A DNA stretch of 64,000 nucleotides, taken from the NCBI RefSeq assembly GCF_964355755.1, contig NC_092673.1:19899648-19963647 (forward strand). Reading direction: 5' to 3'. The stretch comes from Antedon mediterranea. Lineage: Eukaryota > Animalia > Echinodermata. Positions within the stretch are counted from its first letter, which is position 1. Every line of letters begins with the position of its first letter. The notes beneath the pieces are model-generated. The model ran no database searches and had not been told where the DNA came from. It worked only from the letters and a program-made list of their open reading frames with translations. A program made the translations under genes and the position numbers. This document shows positions 45,701 through 56,500 of the stretch, piece after piece.

Positions 45701-48700
45701 AGTAAGCCCATTTCCCGTTCAGATTTCGACATATATCCTATAACGTAAATAATACATGCATATACATTTGTAATATACTGAATATCCATATTAGCATTCC
45801 ATGCTCTCAATAAGGAAGGATTATATTGATTTACCCACACATCTTGAGGGTTTCTCTTTATAACAATCTTTTCCTCAGTAGCTACACTATTATTTGCTTT
45901 CTCAAATGCACTCTGTGTAATACCTAAACTTTGAAAAAGTTCTATTGCATTTTTATATGTTTCTTCATTAGTCACAGCATCTTTTACTGAAGTTAATAGC
46001 TCCATTGCTTGTTTATTGTCATCATTATCATCATTGTCTTTATCCACAATTGTAGGTCTCATAACAAATGTATTTCCAGAAGGTTGTCTAGGGAAGTTAA
46101 ATCTGCAGTTTGTTCCCTTTTTTTTACATGATTTAGAATGTCTTTTACTATGAATTTGCACACTTTTAACAATTTCATTCATTTCAGGATCTACAGTTTC
46201 ACATGGCACAGCACAAGAAATATATTTATCGACAAAATTAATAACTTCTTTATCTTTATCTGTACCAAAAATAGGAGCATTTTCAACCCATACTAACATA
46301 TGAACATGTGGACTTCCTCTCATTTGAAATTCAATTCGGTAAAAATAATCTACGACTTTACCAATAGGCTGTGCTTCAGACAAAATTACATTTTTCAAAA
46401 AAGTATGAAAGCGTTTATCAAACATTCTGGCAACAGTCACTGGATTTGATTTCAACAAATTACATTTATCTGCCCATTCTAATTCTTCAATGTTTCTTTG
46501 GTCTCCAGACTGACTTAGCAATGTCGTCATTATTTCTTTCCAACGGAAATCAGCACTTGAGAATGAAAGAAAGAATGTTGGTTTTCCAATCTGTCGAACC
46601 ATTGCTATTATATCTTTTTGTGTAGCTTGCCAGTACGGTGGAGTTCCACGAATTTGTTTTAGAAATTTATAACCCCTATCAGATTTTAAAATTTCCTGAA
46701 TTTTGGTAACATTTTTCAAATCGGATACAGTAACTTTGCTAAAATCATCCTTTTTACTTGACCCTTTTCGCAATGCAATGGAAATACTTGATAAAATTTG
46801 TTGAAGTTCATATAAAGATTGAGAATAAAATATGTATTCTGTGTTTTGTGCAAACCTGTTATCTATATGCATTAATCTATTATGAAAATAACGTCCGAGT
46901 GTTATTTTAACATCTCTCGTATCATGGAATGTTGGTTGGCCTGTTGGAAATAAAACTGGAAATGATTTTGCTTCATTGCTTTTATTACTTAATAATGCAA
47001 TAGGGCTATTATTTTCACACGGTGCACAACAAATTATGTCATTAAAATATTCATCAACCAAATTTTGTCGCCTGTCAACAGGTTGGAGACTTGTATCAAA
47101 GATAGCACCGTACAATCGGTCTTCTACTTCTTCCTCTTCTTCTTCATTGTTTTCTACACATGTTTGATTTTCATGTACCTTAGTATTTGCATTTTCGCTG
47201 TTTTCTTCAGATAAATAATTATGCCAATCTTCATTAATAGCTATATCAAAATAGCACTTGTTATGATCTTGTAGAAATCTAAGAGCTTGAATAACATTGG
47301 CAGTATTAACAAATTTATATTTGTAATAACCTTTGTAAGACAACTTTCGCTTCAATTTTACAGATATTAATTGATCATCAACTTGTGGTCTAGGCAGCAT
47401 TTTTACAGTTTCAATAGTATTTGAAGGTACACATACAACAGGTCCATGTATTCCATGCTGTCCACCTTTAGGTAAATTCATTAATTTCATAAAAGGAATG
47501 TTTAATCCAATCAAATGCTGCTCTAAATTATTTAAACACCTGAGCTCAGGAGGAATATCGTGTAGTTGTAAATTGTTTGAATTGGCTTCTGCAGGGACTT
47601 TCCCTTTTAACAATTTCCTGTGGCATGTAAAACAAATCCATAAACGACATCTTGGTGATTCGATAAATTGACAAGGTTTATTACATTCATTGTTGCAAAT
47701 ATGCAAATACTTTTCATTTATACAAGCCTTATTTTTGTACTTAGCTTTGGTACACTTCATAACTTGATCTTTGAATAACATTTTAAAGCATACACAACAA
47801 ACATATTCAGGACCACGAGAAACTGTTTCCCTGAAATTTTCTAAAACAAACTCAAAATTGCTGTTTTCTTTTTTCTTTTTTTCCCTGTTTTTCATGTTTT
47901 TCTTCATAACATTTTTTCGGAACTCTTCGTCACCATGATACTTTTCTGCAAATCTTTGCTTACACCTTTCCTTAATACTTTGACGAAATTTTAAATTACC
48001 TCGATATTTCTCTGCCAATTTTTGTTTACACTTTTGTCGAAATTCCAAATTACTCCGATACTTATCTGCCAATTTTTGCTTGCAGTTTTGACGAAAGTTC
48101 AAATTTCTCCGATACTTATCTGCTAATTTTTGTTTGCAGTTTTGACGAAATTTCAAATTTCTCCGATACTTATCTGCCAATTTTTGTTTGCAGTTTTGAC
48201 GAAATTTCAAATTACTCCGATACTTATCTGCCAGTTTTTGTTTGCAGTTTTGACGAAATTTCAAATTACTCCGATACTTCTCTGCCAATTTTTGCGTAAC
48301 GTTTTTTCTGAATTTTGAATTATTACGATACTTCGCTCCTAATTTTTGCTTCAAATTTTGTCTGAATTTTGAATCATTGTGATACTTTTCTGCATTTCTT
48401 TGTTTATTATTTTGTATAGTTTTATGTCTAAATATTATATCATTATTGTATCTATTCTTCAATTTTTCTTTCAAATTTTGCGCAAATTTTTCATTACATT
48501 TATAATTTAACAGATTGTTGACTTGTTTGGTTGTTCGATAATCCAAATCAATATTGTAGTTATGTCTCGCTTTATTTCGTACTTTTATATTATATTCAGG
48601 TTCACATCTATACATTTTTTGTTGTCTTTCTTTGTTTTCCTTCCTTTTTTGGAATTTATAATCATCATCAGCATATCTTATTTGTTGTGCCTCTTTTACT

Positions 48701-51700
48701 TTACGTTTCTTTTCTTCTCTGTATACAGGATCACTTTGATATTTGTTTCTATTTTCATTTTTTTCTATTGAATTATCTTTTTCTTCTCTTCTTCTTTTCA
48801 TTCTCTGACGATTCTTTTCTTTTTGCTTTCTATTTTCATAAGATATTTTTCTTTTTCTTCTAAATGTTTTTACTTCATTTCCAGAACAAGGTCCCTCAGC
48901 AGTTTTACTCTTTTTGTGTTTTGGTTCTTTGTCTTCAAATGTGTGACATTCTTTTCTCATTTGCTTTCGTTTCTGTGTTGTATAATTCTTTTGGGATGTC
49001 ACATCCATATCAACTTGTCTTGTTGTTTCTTGAAAATTATTTTGACTTACATTGACAGATTCCACCACATTAAAATGCACATTCATGGTGTACAAAATAT
49101 ATATACCATTGTCAGTTGTAACATCATCTATTCTTCCCGGCTTTTTAGCAGAAAACAATTGCCACGTCAAAAGTTGATCATTAAATGAATAAATATCTGT
49201 ATTAAGCAAGTTTGCCATTGCACTTATTTCAGCATTGGATGCCCACGTTCCATTATCCATTACTCTTTTTTTAAACACATATTCTTTAACTGATCTATAT
49301 TCGTGACTAAATGTATTAATAAATAAGTCATCAGTTTCCAATAAATGATTAGTAATTGCTCTTCTTAAAAGTAAATGATTATCTTCAGTCCCAGAAATAA
49401 TGTATGAAATTGCACGATAAAAACAATTACCATCACCTGTAATATTTGTAATTTGAAGAGGATGTCCAATCTGACTAGCTCTGTTAATACCACAATTCAT
49501 ATCGATATGTTCACAATGAATGCCTAATTTATTACACATGTTTTTCTTTTGTTCTTCTAAGATCGGGACAAATTTAAAATTCTTGTCAGGTCTTTTTCCA
49601 TACTGAACATTAACAATTTCAATATCACTATCATTTTGCCATCCATTACTTGATGAGACATGACCTTCTTTATTATGTTTTTTGCCTTTAACTTTAGAAT
49701 CAATATTCTTGTCTGGTAATCGTGTACTACATTTATACTGATAAGACGTACTAGGTTCATCAACATCGACGTTTCCCAAGTTTCTTTGTTCACAATTATC
49801 ATCGAGCACAGAAGCGGAACATAACATCATAGACTTATTTTCAATATTTACACCAGTCAGTTCAAACTCGGTTTCATGTAAATTACAGTTCATTGACCTT
49901 GCTAATCTTATACAATAATCGTACACACTTTGCCAAGATGGACTGTAAAGTAAAATACTCTTTCCATGTTCACTAACACAACCAAATCGATCTCTTGCAT
50001 GTGGATCAAATATAAGAAATCCATTTACACGTTTGATAATAGAAAATGTGCTTCTGTTGAAATTCATAAAAAATGCATCATGTTGGTGTAATTCTTTTTC
50101 AAGAGCTTGGTTTAATGACAAGGCTCCATATTCAGCCATAAATTCGAGATTCCCATCTATTATGCCAAAAACTGATTCTTTGGGAGATATTACAAATGTG
50201 TTATCCAAGATATCCAATTCTTTCGGCAGTTCAGAAATCATTAAAAGGTCCTCGTGCATAGTGGAATCTTTCTGAATGTAACGGTACAACTCGTTTCCAA
50301 GAGTCAATATTGTATCAAGGTCTTTGGTGTAAAATTCATTTCCATTCCTCTTTGTAGAATAAAGAATAGCTACAAGACTATTTGCAACACACTGTTTACC
50401 ACTTGCAAAGCCAAATCTATAATTCCCTTGATTAAAATTACCCTGTGCTACAGTTATATTTTCATTACTATTATATACTTGTAATTCATTTATTGATTGT
50501 GTTTTCTGCCTTTTTCGTGTATTTTTTTGTTTTGGTACATCATCGATTATCAATTCTTCCGAAAAATTATTTTTTTTTAAAACTTCAATATCCACATCGA
50601 TAGTATGTTGGTCACATTTAGGTTTAGTATGGGACCTAATTTTTTCAGTCACTGCTTTTTTGCATCCGTCATCAATTATCAATACTTCATTTTCCTCAAA
50701 TTCACAACTTGCATTTTTATGATCTGTACCATTACTATCAATTATTCTACTTCTGTCATTCATTTTGCTATTATTTTGTGCTTTCGCATCGTCAGTCGCT
50801 GTGTTGTCGTTTTCTACAGTACATTCCATTTTAAAATCCTCGTCAGTTTTCGTTTCAGAATTGTCATTATTACCCATGTTCTTTATATCTTTGATAGTAT
50901 CGCAATCATTCTTTAAATTCACATTACCTTGTGCTTTTTTGTTATCAATCTTCTTAGTTTTGACAAAACGACCCTTGTTATTTCGTAAACGTTTCGAACC
51001 ACCACCTGATTGTTGTTGTATTCCGTGCGTTACTTTTGTATTTTTCAAATCATCACACATAGGCCTACCACTGTCGTCAATTATTGTTTGTGAATTTCCC
51101 AATATATTCGTTTTACCATTTTCTTTGTTGTATTCTCTGTAAGTAGTTGTATTCATATTCCATTCCATTTTGTTATTATTTTGTCTTTCATAGAAATCTT
51201 TTACACCTTTGCCAATATATTTTACACCTGGTTCTATACTTATACCATTTATAACGCGCTTTCTCCTTTTCTTATTTCCTCTATTTTTACATCTTTTTTT
51301 TCTGTTGTCGGTTCTTTTCTTTGATCTTACTCTGATCCAATCACTACCAAGTAAATCTTCACTTCCTGTTTGTTGACATTTTAATATTGCATTATTACAA
51401 CGTTTTTCTTTATTTTTCGTTAATTCTGGAAAGTCTGAAGTGACAGATTCATCAGGTTCTAGAATCGTATATCTATTGAAATGACAGGGAATACCTATTT
51501 CGCCAAACATGTTATCAACAAAATTATTATTCCCACACATTGAACAAATCCAAATTACCCGGGAATTACATAGTTTGTCTTCAAAAACATCTCTTACACA
51601 TTTCACATGAAAATATTGACTACAACAGTCACATGTTATGCAATTGTCGTCTACTTTCACTTCAATATTACAGAAATCGCATGTATCATCAAACTCTGAA

Positions 51701-52047
51701 GTGACCTCTGTACCATAAGATAATATGTTTATGATATCATCAATTATTCCTTTAAATTCTGTTGTATCTTTCATAAATTCACAATTGACATTACCTGTAT
51801 CATCATTTCTGTCGTCTTTGACATTCTCAGTTGAACAGCATTCATCAAGTAGGTCCAAGATGTCATTAACAACTATTTTAAATTCTGCTGTCTTATCCAT
51901 AAGTCCATTATTAACATTACCAGTTGTATTGACAAAAATCTGCTTTTTACTTGTAACTTCTTTATTCACATTCTTACACAAAAAAATTATCATTATAAAG
52001 ATAATCAACAAAAAGATACCAACTAATGTTATGAATTCCATATCCAT
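42757..52047 (-). CDS. Helentron RepHel-endonuclease transposase, 3096 aa
   Basis: Paralog of 6980-16117 with the same motifs and an uninterrupted frame. Confidence 0.96.
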   Translation of the reverse strand: MDMEFITLVGIFLLIIFIMIIFLCKNVNKEVTSKKQIFVNTTGNVNNGLMDKTAEFKIVVNDILDLLDECCSTENVKDDRNDDTGNVNCEFMKDTTEFKGIIDDIINILSYGTEVTSEFDDTCDFCNIEVKVDDNCITCDCCSQYFHVKCVRDVFEDKLCNSRVIWICSMCGNNNFVDNMFGEIGIPCHFNRYTILEPDESVTSDFPELTKNKEKRCNNAILKCQQTGSEDLLGSDWIRVRSKKRTDNRKKRCKNRGNKKRRKRVINGISIEPGVKYIGKGVKDFYERQNNNKMEWNMNTTTYREYNKENGKTNILGNSQTIIDDSGRPMCDDLKNTKVTHGIQQQSGGGSKRLRNNKGRFVKTKKIDNKKAQGNVNLKNDCDTIKDIKNMGNNDNSETKTDEDFKMECTVENDNTATDDAKAQNNSKMNDRSRIIDSNGTDHKNASCEFEENEVLIIDDGCKKAVTEKIRSHTKPKCDQHTIDVDIEVLKKNNFSEELIIDDVPKQKNTRKRQKTQSINELQVYNSNENITVAQGNFNQGNYRFGFASGKQCVANSLVAILYSTKRNGNEFYTKDLDTILTLGNELYRYIQKDSTMHEDLLMISELPKELDILDNTFVISPKESVFGIIDGNLEFMAEYGALSLNQALEKELHQHDAFFMNFNRSTFSIIKRVNGFLIFDPHARDRFGCVSEHGKSILLYSPSWQSVYDYCIRLARSMNCNLHETEFELTGVNIENKSMMLCSASVLDDNCEQRNLGNVDVDEPSTSYQYKCSTRLPDKNIDSKVKGKKHNKEGHVSSSNGWQNDSDIEIVNVQYGKRPDKNFKFVPILEEQKKNMCNKLGIHCEHIDMNCGINRASQIGHPLQITNITGDGNCFYRAISYIISGTEDNHLLLRRAITNHLLETDDLFINTFSHEYRSVKEYVFKKRVMDNGTWASNAEISAMANLLNTDIYSFNDQLLTWQLFSAKKPGRIDDVTTDNGIYILYTMNVHFNVVESVNVSQNNFQETTRQVDMDVTSQKNYTTQKRKQMRKECHTFEDKEPKHKKSKTAEGPCSGNEVKTFRRKRKISYENRKQKEKNRQRMKRRREEKDNSIEKNENRNKYQSDPVYREEKKRKVKEAQQIRYADDDYKFQKRKENKERQQKMYRCEPEYNIKVRNKARHNYNIDLDYRTTKQVNNLLNYKCNEKFAQNLKEKLKNRYNNDIIFRHKTIQNNKQRNAEKYHNDSKFRQNLKQKLGAKYRNNSKFRKNVTQKLAEKYRSNLKFRQNCKQKLADKYRSNLKFRQNCKQKLADKYRRNLKFRQNCKQKLADKYRRNLNFRQNCKQKLADKYRSNLEFRQKCKQKLAEKYRGNLKFRQSIKERCKQRFAEKYHGDEEFRKNVMKKNMKNREKKKKENSNFEFVLENFRETVSRGPEYVCCVCFKMLFKDQVMKCTKAKYKNKACINEKYLHICNNECNKPCQFIESPRCRLWICFTCHRKLLKGKVPAEANSNNLQLHDIPPELRCLNNLEQHLIGLNIPFMKLMNLPKGGQHGIHGPVVCVPSNTIETVKMLPRPQVDDQLISVKLKRKLSYKGYYKYKFVNTANVIQALRFLQDHNKCYFDIAINEDWHNYLSEENSENANTKVHENQTCVENNEEEEEEVEDRLYGAIFDTSLQPVDRRQNLVDEYFNDIICCAPCENNSPIALLSNKSNEAKSFPVLFPTGQPTFHDTRDVKITLGRYFHNRLMHIDNRFAQNTEYIFYSQSLYELQQILSSISIALRKGSSKKDDFSKVTVSDLKNVTKIQEILKSDRGYKFLKQIRGTPPYWQATQKDIIAMVRQIGKPTFFLSFSSADFRWKEIMTTLLSQSGDQRNIEELEWADKCNLLKSNPVTVARMFDKRFHTFLKNVILSEAQPIGKVVDYFYRIEFQMRGSPHVHMLVWVENAPIFGTDKDKEVINFVDKYISCAVPCETVDPEMNEIVKSVQIHSKRHSKSCKKKGTNCRFNFPRQPSGNTFVMRPTIVDKDNDDNDDNKQAMELLTSVKDAVTNEETYKNAIELFQSLGITQSAFEKANNSVATEEKIVIKRNPQDVWVNQYNPSLLRAWNANMDIQYITNVYACIIYVIGYMSKSEREMGLLLSHAASEVKEGNEDARQSLRKLGNVYMNNREVSAQESIYRVCSLRLKECSRKVEFIPVGPNPVRMSLPLSVIKNKADDDVSAWLPSKIDKYKARPNSSEFNKMCLAKFCSEYRILSSSEMKGNKQKKNVFQLKKQLGFIQKRTRTSNAIVRYPRFPMDTAPEKYFLSVLQLFLPFRKDEQLKPPNFETYEQFHEKGCVKLCGCQLQTVKSIVHGNMEQYEKSSDEVEEAQECLSKFGPQEDAWSLLCPESEKERLDNPKPNVEVDDEEDEFFIPDFGIQKNHTSKVESNSSNIPRPELNKMIRSLNEKQQHIFYKTRQWCLDKVNGKKPEAFYTFITGGAGTGKSHLVNCIYNEATRILGKIMENPDDLSILKLAPTGIAAYNIKGQTIHSALSIPINISLPYQPLGEEKISALRNKLGQLQIVIIDEISMVNQRLLWYIHGRLRQIKQVRNDSPFGNISVIAVGDFYQLPPVMGSSLYKDTLESSLWIDNFKQVQLDQIMRQKEDKEFALLLNKLRTKEKHDCLSDNDLLVLKSRETGEECEDAIHIYPRNKQVDEWNKKMLHKTCTDIVCIKAEDSVVNSKKQSKNCDKPRNSRQTSLLNYLWIAINARVMLIKNVDVKKGLTNGCMGHVDEIVKPDHNTEPVSIKVKFDNNDIGIQAIEMFKESMGKKYSRKQFPLKLAYACTVHKVQGMTMDKAVVCLKDTFTHGQAYVGLSRVTSITGLTIENFKPSLIYCDPNIKKCLNNMDSYVQCDKQGHDSASRFSIMLHNIQGLKQHFVDLQCNDLFMNSNVICLTETWLNKDDDFFDVRIEPYKLYHQARYDSYSNTNDLSSKIKHQAHGGVAVYAKNTSSSRLNICNNDIEAVSFLITSPISVAVSVIYRPPSYDINQFCQNLRKHLEELHKMSTKCIVMGDFNENLFKQSSRVNNLMAENEYKQHVTCSTTENNTLIDHVYSKGLDSVQAEVIPIYYSYHEAIQIKF
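47905..48390 (-). repeat. 54-bp coding minisatellite (18-aa repeat, ~9 units)
   Basis: DKYRSNLKFRQNCKQKLA repeats in the translation. Confidence 0.88.
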
Positions 52048-52588
52048 TATTCAAAATTTGTATAAGAAACAAATCTACAAATTTCTTCAAATTAATAAAC
52101 TTTGTATTCTGCAATTCCAATGAATATTACAATTAGGTTCTTTTTATCAATTCAAGAAATTCTTGCTAAAACAAAATAAATTATTAAAATTCCAAAAACA
52201 ATTCAATTTTATATTGTCTTTTGTTTCTATGATTTTTAATTTTTGTCCTAATTTTTTTTCTTTTAATATATTTTTTTTTTTGTCTGCTTTTTTTTCAATA
52301 GTTCAATTTCACTGAATTAAAAAATTAGCTTCTGCTTAATATTGGCTTGATGAAATACTTTATATTATTTTAAACTTCTCTTTAATACTTGGTTATGCTA
52401 AATAGTTTCAGATTCTAATTTTTATTCTTTTTACAATTCTACTTAATAACAGATTCAAATAAAAGTGATCTTTAAATCTTCTTTAATTAATTCTTTTGTA
52501 ATAAACTCTGTTTAATATTTATTTCTTTATAATAAGCTTCTGTTTTATTCTTCAAACTTTTGTTTGTATAATCAAACTTTAACTTTAC

Positions 52589-52855
52589 ACTTTTGCTTTT
52601 GCAAAAATGGTTTTGTAATAAACTTTTGTTTATTAGTTGTTTCCTTGTGATTAACTTCTGTTATCTTCAAGGTTTGACACTTTTGCTTTTGCAAAAATGG
52701 TTTTGTAATAAACTTTTGTTTATTAGTTGTTTCCTTGTGATTAACTTTTGTTATCTTCAAGGTTTTACACTTTTGCTTTTGCAAAAATGGTTTGTAATAA
52801 ACTTTTGTTTATTAGTTTTTCCTTGTGATAAACTTCTGTTTACTTCAAGGTTTTA
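52589..52855. repeat. 90-bp tandem repeat x3 in the RepHel 2 leader (related ~57-bp repeat at 16635-16760 in element 1)
   Basis: 'ttttgcttttgcaaaaatgg' at 52591, 52681 and 52771. Confidence 0.85.
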
Positions 52856-52920
52856 TTGAATGTTTCAAAGATACTTTTAAAAAATGTTTAAAAAGAAATT
52901 GTGCATAAATATTAAAATTC

Positions 52921-53015
52921 GGTAACCCCTCGTAGAAACTCTCTTTGGAGAGTGGATCTTTTTCTAAAGACCCGGATCTCTTCTGAGATCCAGTGGGTTT
53001 ATATAAGACAGTCAC
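52921..53015 (-). promoter_or_regulatory. Triple-hairpin RNA element and splice acceptor (AG at 53017-53016), element 2 copy
   Basis: Minus strand GGATCTC-AGAA-GAGATCC GGGTCTTT-AGAA-AAAGATCC ACTCTC-CAAA-GAGAGT. Confidence 0.6.
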
Positions 53016-53589
53016 CTACAATAAAAGAAAAAAAAAAGAGTTAGTTATTAATTTTAAGATACACTGTACAGTACTAAGAATTACAGTCAAACAATTATAT
53101 TGAATCAGTAGATAAATCAGTGTTTTTACAAATACCTAAATAATAATATACACATCCCCCCTGTGGAATGTAACATGATCTATTGGGCCTAGCAAAACAA
53201 ATTAGGACCAACTCATTACTAAATTCAGGATAGACCCATTTTATAAAATTGCAAATTTATGTCTGGAGAAACTGACCACCACATTTATGTTAAAAAGGAT
53301 GATTGTCCCAAATTTTGAAGTAAATTGTGATAATATATTTGTGACTTTGGTTTATACAATATAAATAAATCACTATAGAAGATATTTTGACCTAAAAATA
53401 TGTCAAAACTTCATTACATGGAATGTGTCGGAAACAAATTCTTTCATAACAATTTCACCTTCAAAATTAATCTGAAAATAGGTTTAATTATTCAATGTTC
53501 TAATAAAATAGAATTTTATACACAAAAATATTTGGTCACTCAGTATAGTAAATTTACAAACAACACATGTTTATCAATTATTGGAGGGC

Positions 53590-56500
53590 ATAAAGTAAGG
53601 AAAATATGTTTTTTCCGTTTTACAGATAATTTTCTAATACTCACAGCTGTAACTGGCACTGTATATTTTCTGTACAACTACAATCTAAAAAATAAAAGGA
53701 AAATCATTAATAATGGCAATAAACAACATTAACACTTTTTCAAAATCAACATGCTTCTTAATCAATGTCTGAAAAATTAAGAAATTTTCTCAAAATGAAT
53801 TTGGGTATTAGACAGCTGGTTAGGGCCTACATGTTGTCTCAATGCTAATTTCATTTAATATTTTATTCACAAACCATAAAATCTGATTTATGTAAATGTT
53901 TCATAATAGAACATGCCTACAAAATAACAGGCAACGGTTCACAAAGTAAAGAAAATATGTTTTATCCGTTTAACAGATAATCTACTAATACTCACAGCTG
54001 TAGCTGACACTGTATATGTTCTACAATCTAAAAAAAAAAAACAAGGAAAAACATTAATAATTGGCAATAAACAACATTAATACTTTTTCCAAATCAACAT
54101 GCTTCTTAATCAATGTCTGAAAAATTAAGAAATTCCTCAAAATGACTTTGGGTATGAGACAGCTGGTTAGGCCTACATGTTGTCTTAATGCTAATTTCAT
54201 TTAATATTTTATTCACAAACCATAAAATCTGAATGATGTAAATGTTACATAATAGAAAATGCCTACAAAATAACAGGCAACGGTTCACAAAGTAAAGAAA
54301 ATATGTTTTCTCCGTTTAACAGATAATCTACTAATACTCACAGCTGTAGCTAACACTGTATTTTTTCTACAATCTAAAAAAACAAAACAAGGAAAAACAT
54401 CAATAATTGGCAATAAACAACATTAACACTTTTTCCAAATCAACATGCTTCTTAATCGAGGTCTGAAAAATTAAGAAATTTCCTTAAAATGACTTTAGGT
54501 ATGGGACGGCTGGTTAGGGCCTACATGTTGTCTCAATGCTAGTTTCATTTAATATTTTATTCACAAACCATAAAATCTGAATTATGTAAATGTTTCATAA
54601 TAGAAAATGCCTACAAAATAACAGGCAACTGTTCACAAAGTAAGGAAAATATGTTTTCTCCGTTTAACAGATAATCTACTAATACTCACAGCTGTAGCTA
54701 ACACTGTATATTTTCTACAATCTAAAAACAACAAGGAAAAACATTGATAATGGCAAAAAACAACATTAACCCTTTTGTTAAATCAACATGCTTCTTAATC
54801 AATGTCTGAAAAATTAAGAAATTTCCTCAAAATAACTTTGGGTATGGGCCGGCTGATTGGGGTCTACATGTTGTCTCAAAACTACTTTCATTTAATATCT
54901 TATTCACAAACCATAAAATCTGAATTATGTAAATGTTTCATAATATAAAATGCCTACAAAATAACAGGCAACAGTTCACAAAGTAAGGAAAATATGTTTT
55001 CTCTGTTTAACAGATAATCTACTAATACTCACAGCTGTAGCTGACACTGTATATTTTCTACAATCTAAAAAAACAAAACAAGGAAAAACATCAATAATTG
55101 GCAATAAACAACATTAACACTTTTTCCAAATCAACATGCTTCTTAATCAATGTCTGAAAAATTAAGAAATTCCTCAAAATGACTTTGGGTATGAGACAGC
55201 TGGTTAGGCCTACATGTTGTCTTAATGCTAATTTCATTTAATATTTTATTCACAAACCATAAAATCTGAATGATGTAAATGTTACATAATAGAAAATGCC
55301 TACAAAATAACAGGCAACGGTTCACAAAGTAAAGAAAATATGTTTTCTCCGTTTAACAGATAATCTACTAATACTCACAGCTGTAGCTAACACTGTATAT
55401 TTTCTACAATCTAAAAAAACAAAACAAGGAAAAACATCAATAATTGGCAATAAACAACATTAACACTTTTTCCAAATCAACATGCTTCTTAATCGAGGTC
55501 TGAAAAATTAAGAAATTTCCTTAAAATGACTTTAGGTATGGGACGGCTGGTTAGGGCCTACATGTTGTCTCAATGCTAGTTTCATTTAATATTTTATTCA
55601 CAAACCATAAAATCTGAATTATGTAAATGTTTCATAATAGAAAATGCCTACAAAATAACAGGCAACTGTTCACAAAGTAAGGAAAATATGTTTTCTCCGT
55701 TTAACAGATAATCTACTAATACTCACAGCTGTAGCTAACACTGTATATTTTCTACAATCTAAAAACAACAAGGAAAAACATTGATAATGGCAAAAAACAA
55801 CATTAACCCTTTTGTTAAATCAACATGCTTCTTAATCAATGTCTGAAAAATTAAGAAATTTCCTCAAAATAACTTTGGGTATGGGCCGGCTGATTGGGGT
55901 CTACATGTTGTCTCAAAACTACTTTCATTTAATATCTTATTCACAAACCATAAAATCTGAATTATGTAAATGTTTCATAATATAAAATGCCTACAAAATA
56001 ACAGGCAACAGTTCACAAAGTAAGGAAAATATGTTTTCTCTGTTTAACAGATAATCTACTAATACTCACAGCTGTAGCTGACACTGTATATTTTCTACAA
56101 TCTAAAAAAACAAAACAAGGAAAAACATCAATAATTGGCAATAAACAACATTAACACTTTTTCCAAATCAACATGCTTCTTAATCAATGTCTGAAAAATT
56201 AAGAAATTCCTCAAAATGACTTTGGGTATGAGACAGCTGGTTAGGCCTACATGTTGTCTTAATGCTAATTTCATTTAATATCGTATTCACAAACCATAAA
56301 ATCTGAATGATGTAAATGTTACATAATAGAAAATGCCTACAAAATAACAGGCAACGGTTCACAAAGTAAAGAAAATATGTTTTCTCCGTTTAACAGATAA
56401 TCTACTAATACTCACAGCTGTAGCTAACACTGTATATTTTCTACAATCTAAAAAAACAAAACAAGGAAAAACATCAATAATTGGCAATAAACAACATTAA

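Noticed and set aside
52572-52859. 70-88 aa repetitive ORFs upstream of RepHel 2
   Set aside because: They derive from the 90-bp tandem repeat and are not conserved in element 1.
54106-56362. Three near-identical 60-aa ORFs
   Set aside because: By-products of the 1037-bp higher-order satellite repeat; no coding features.
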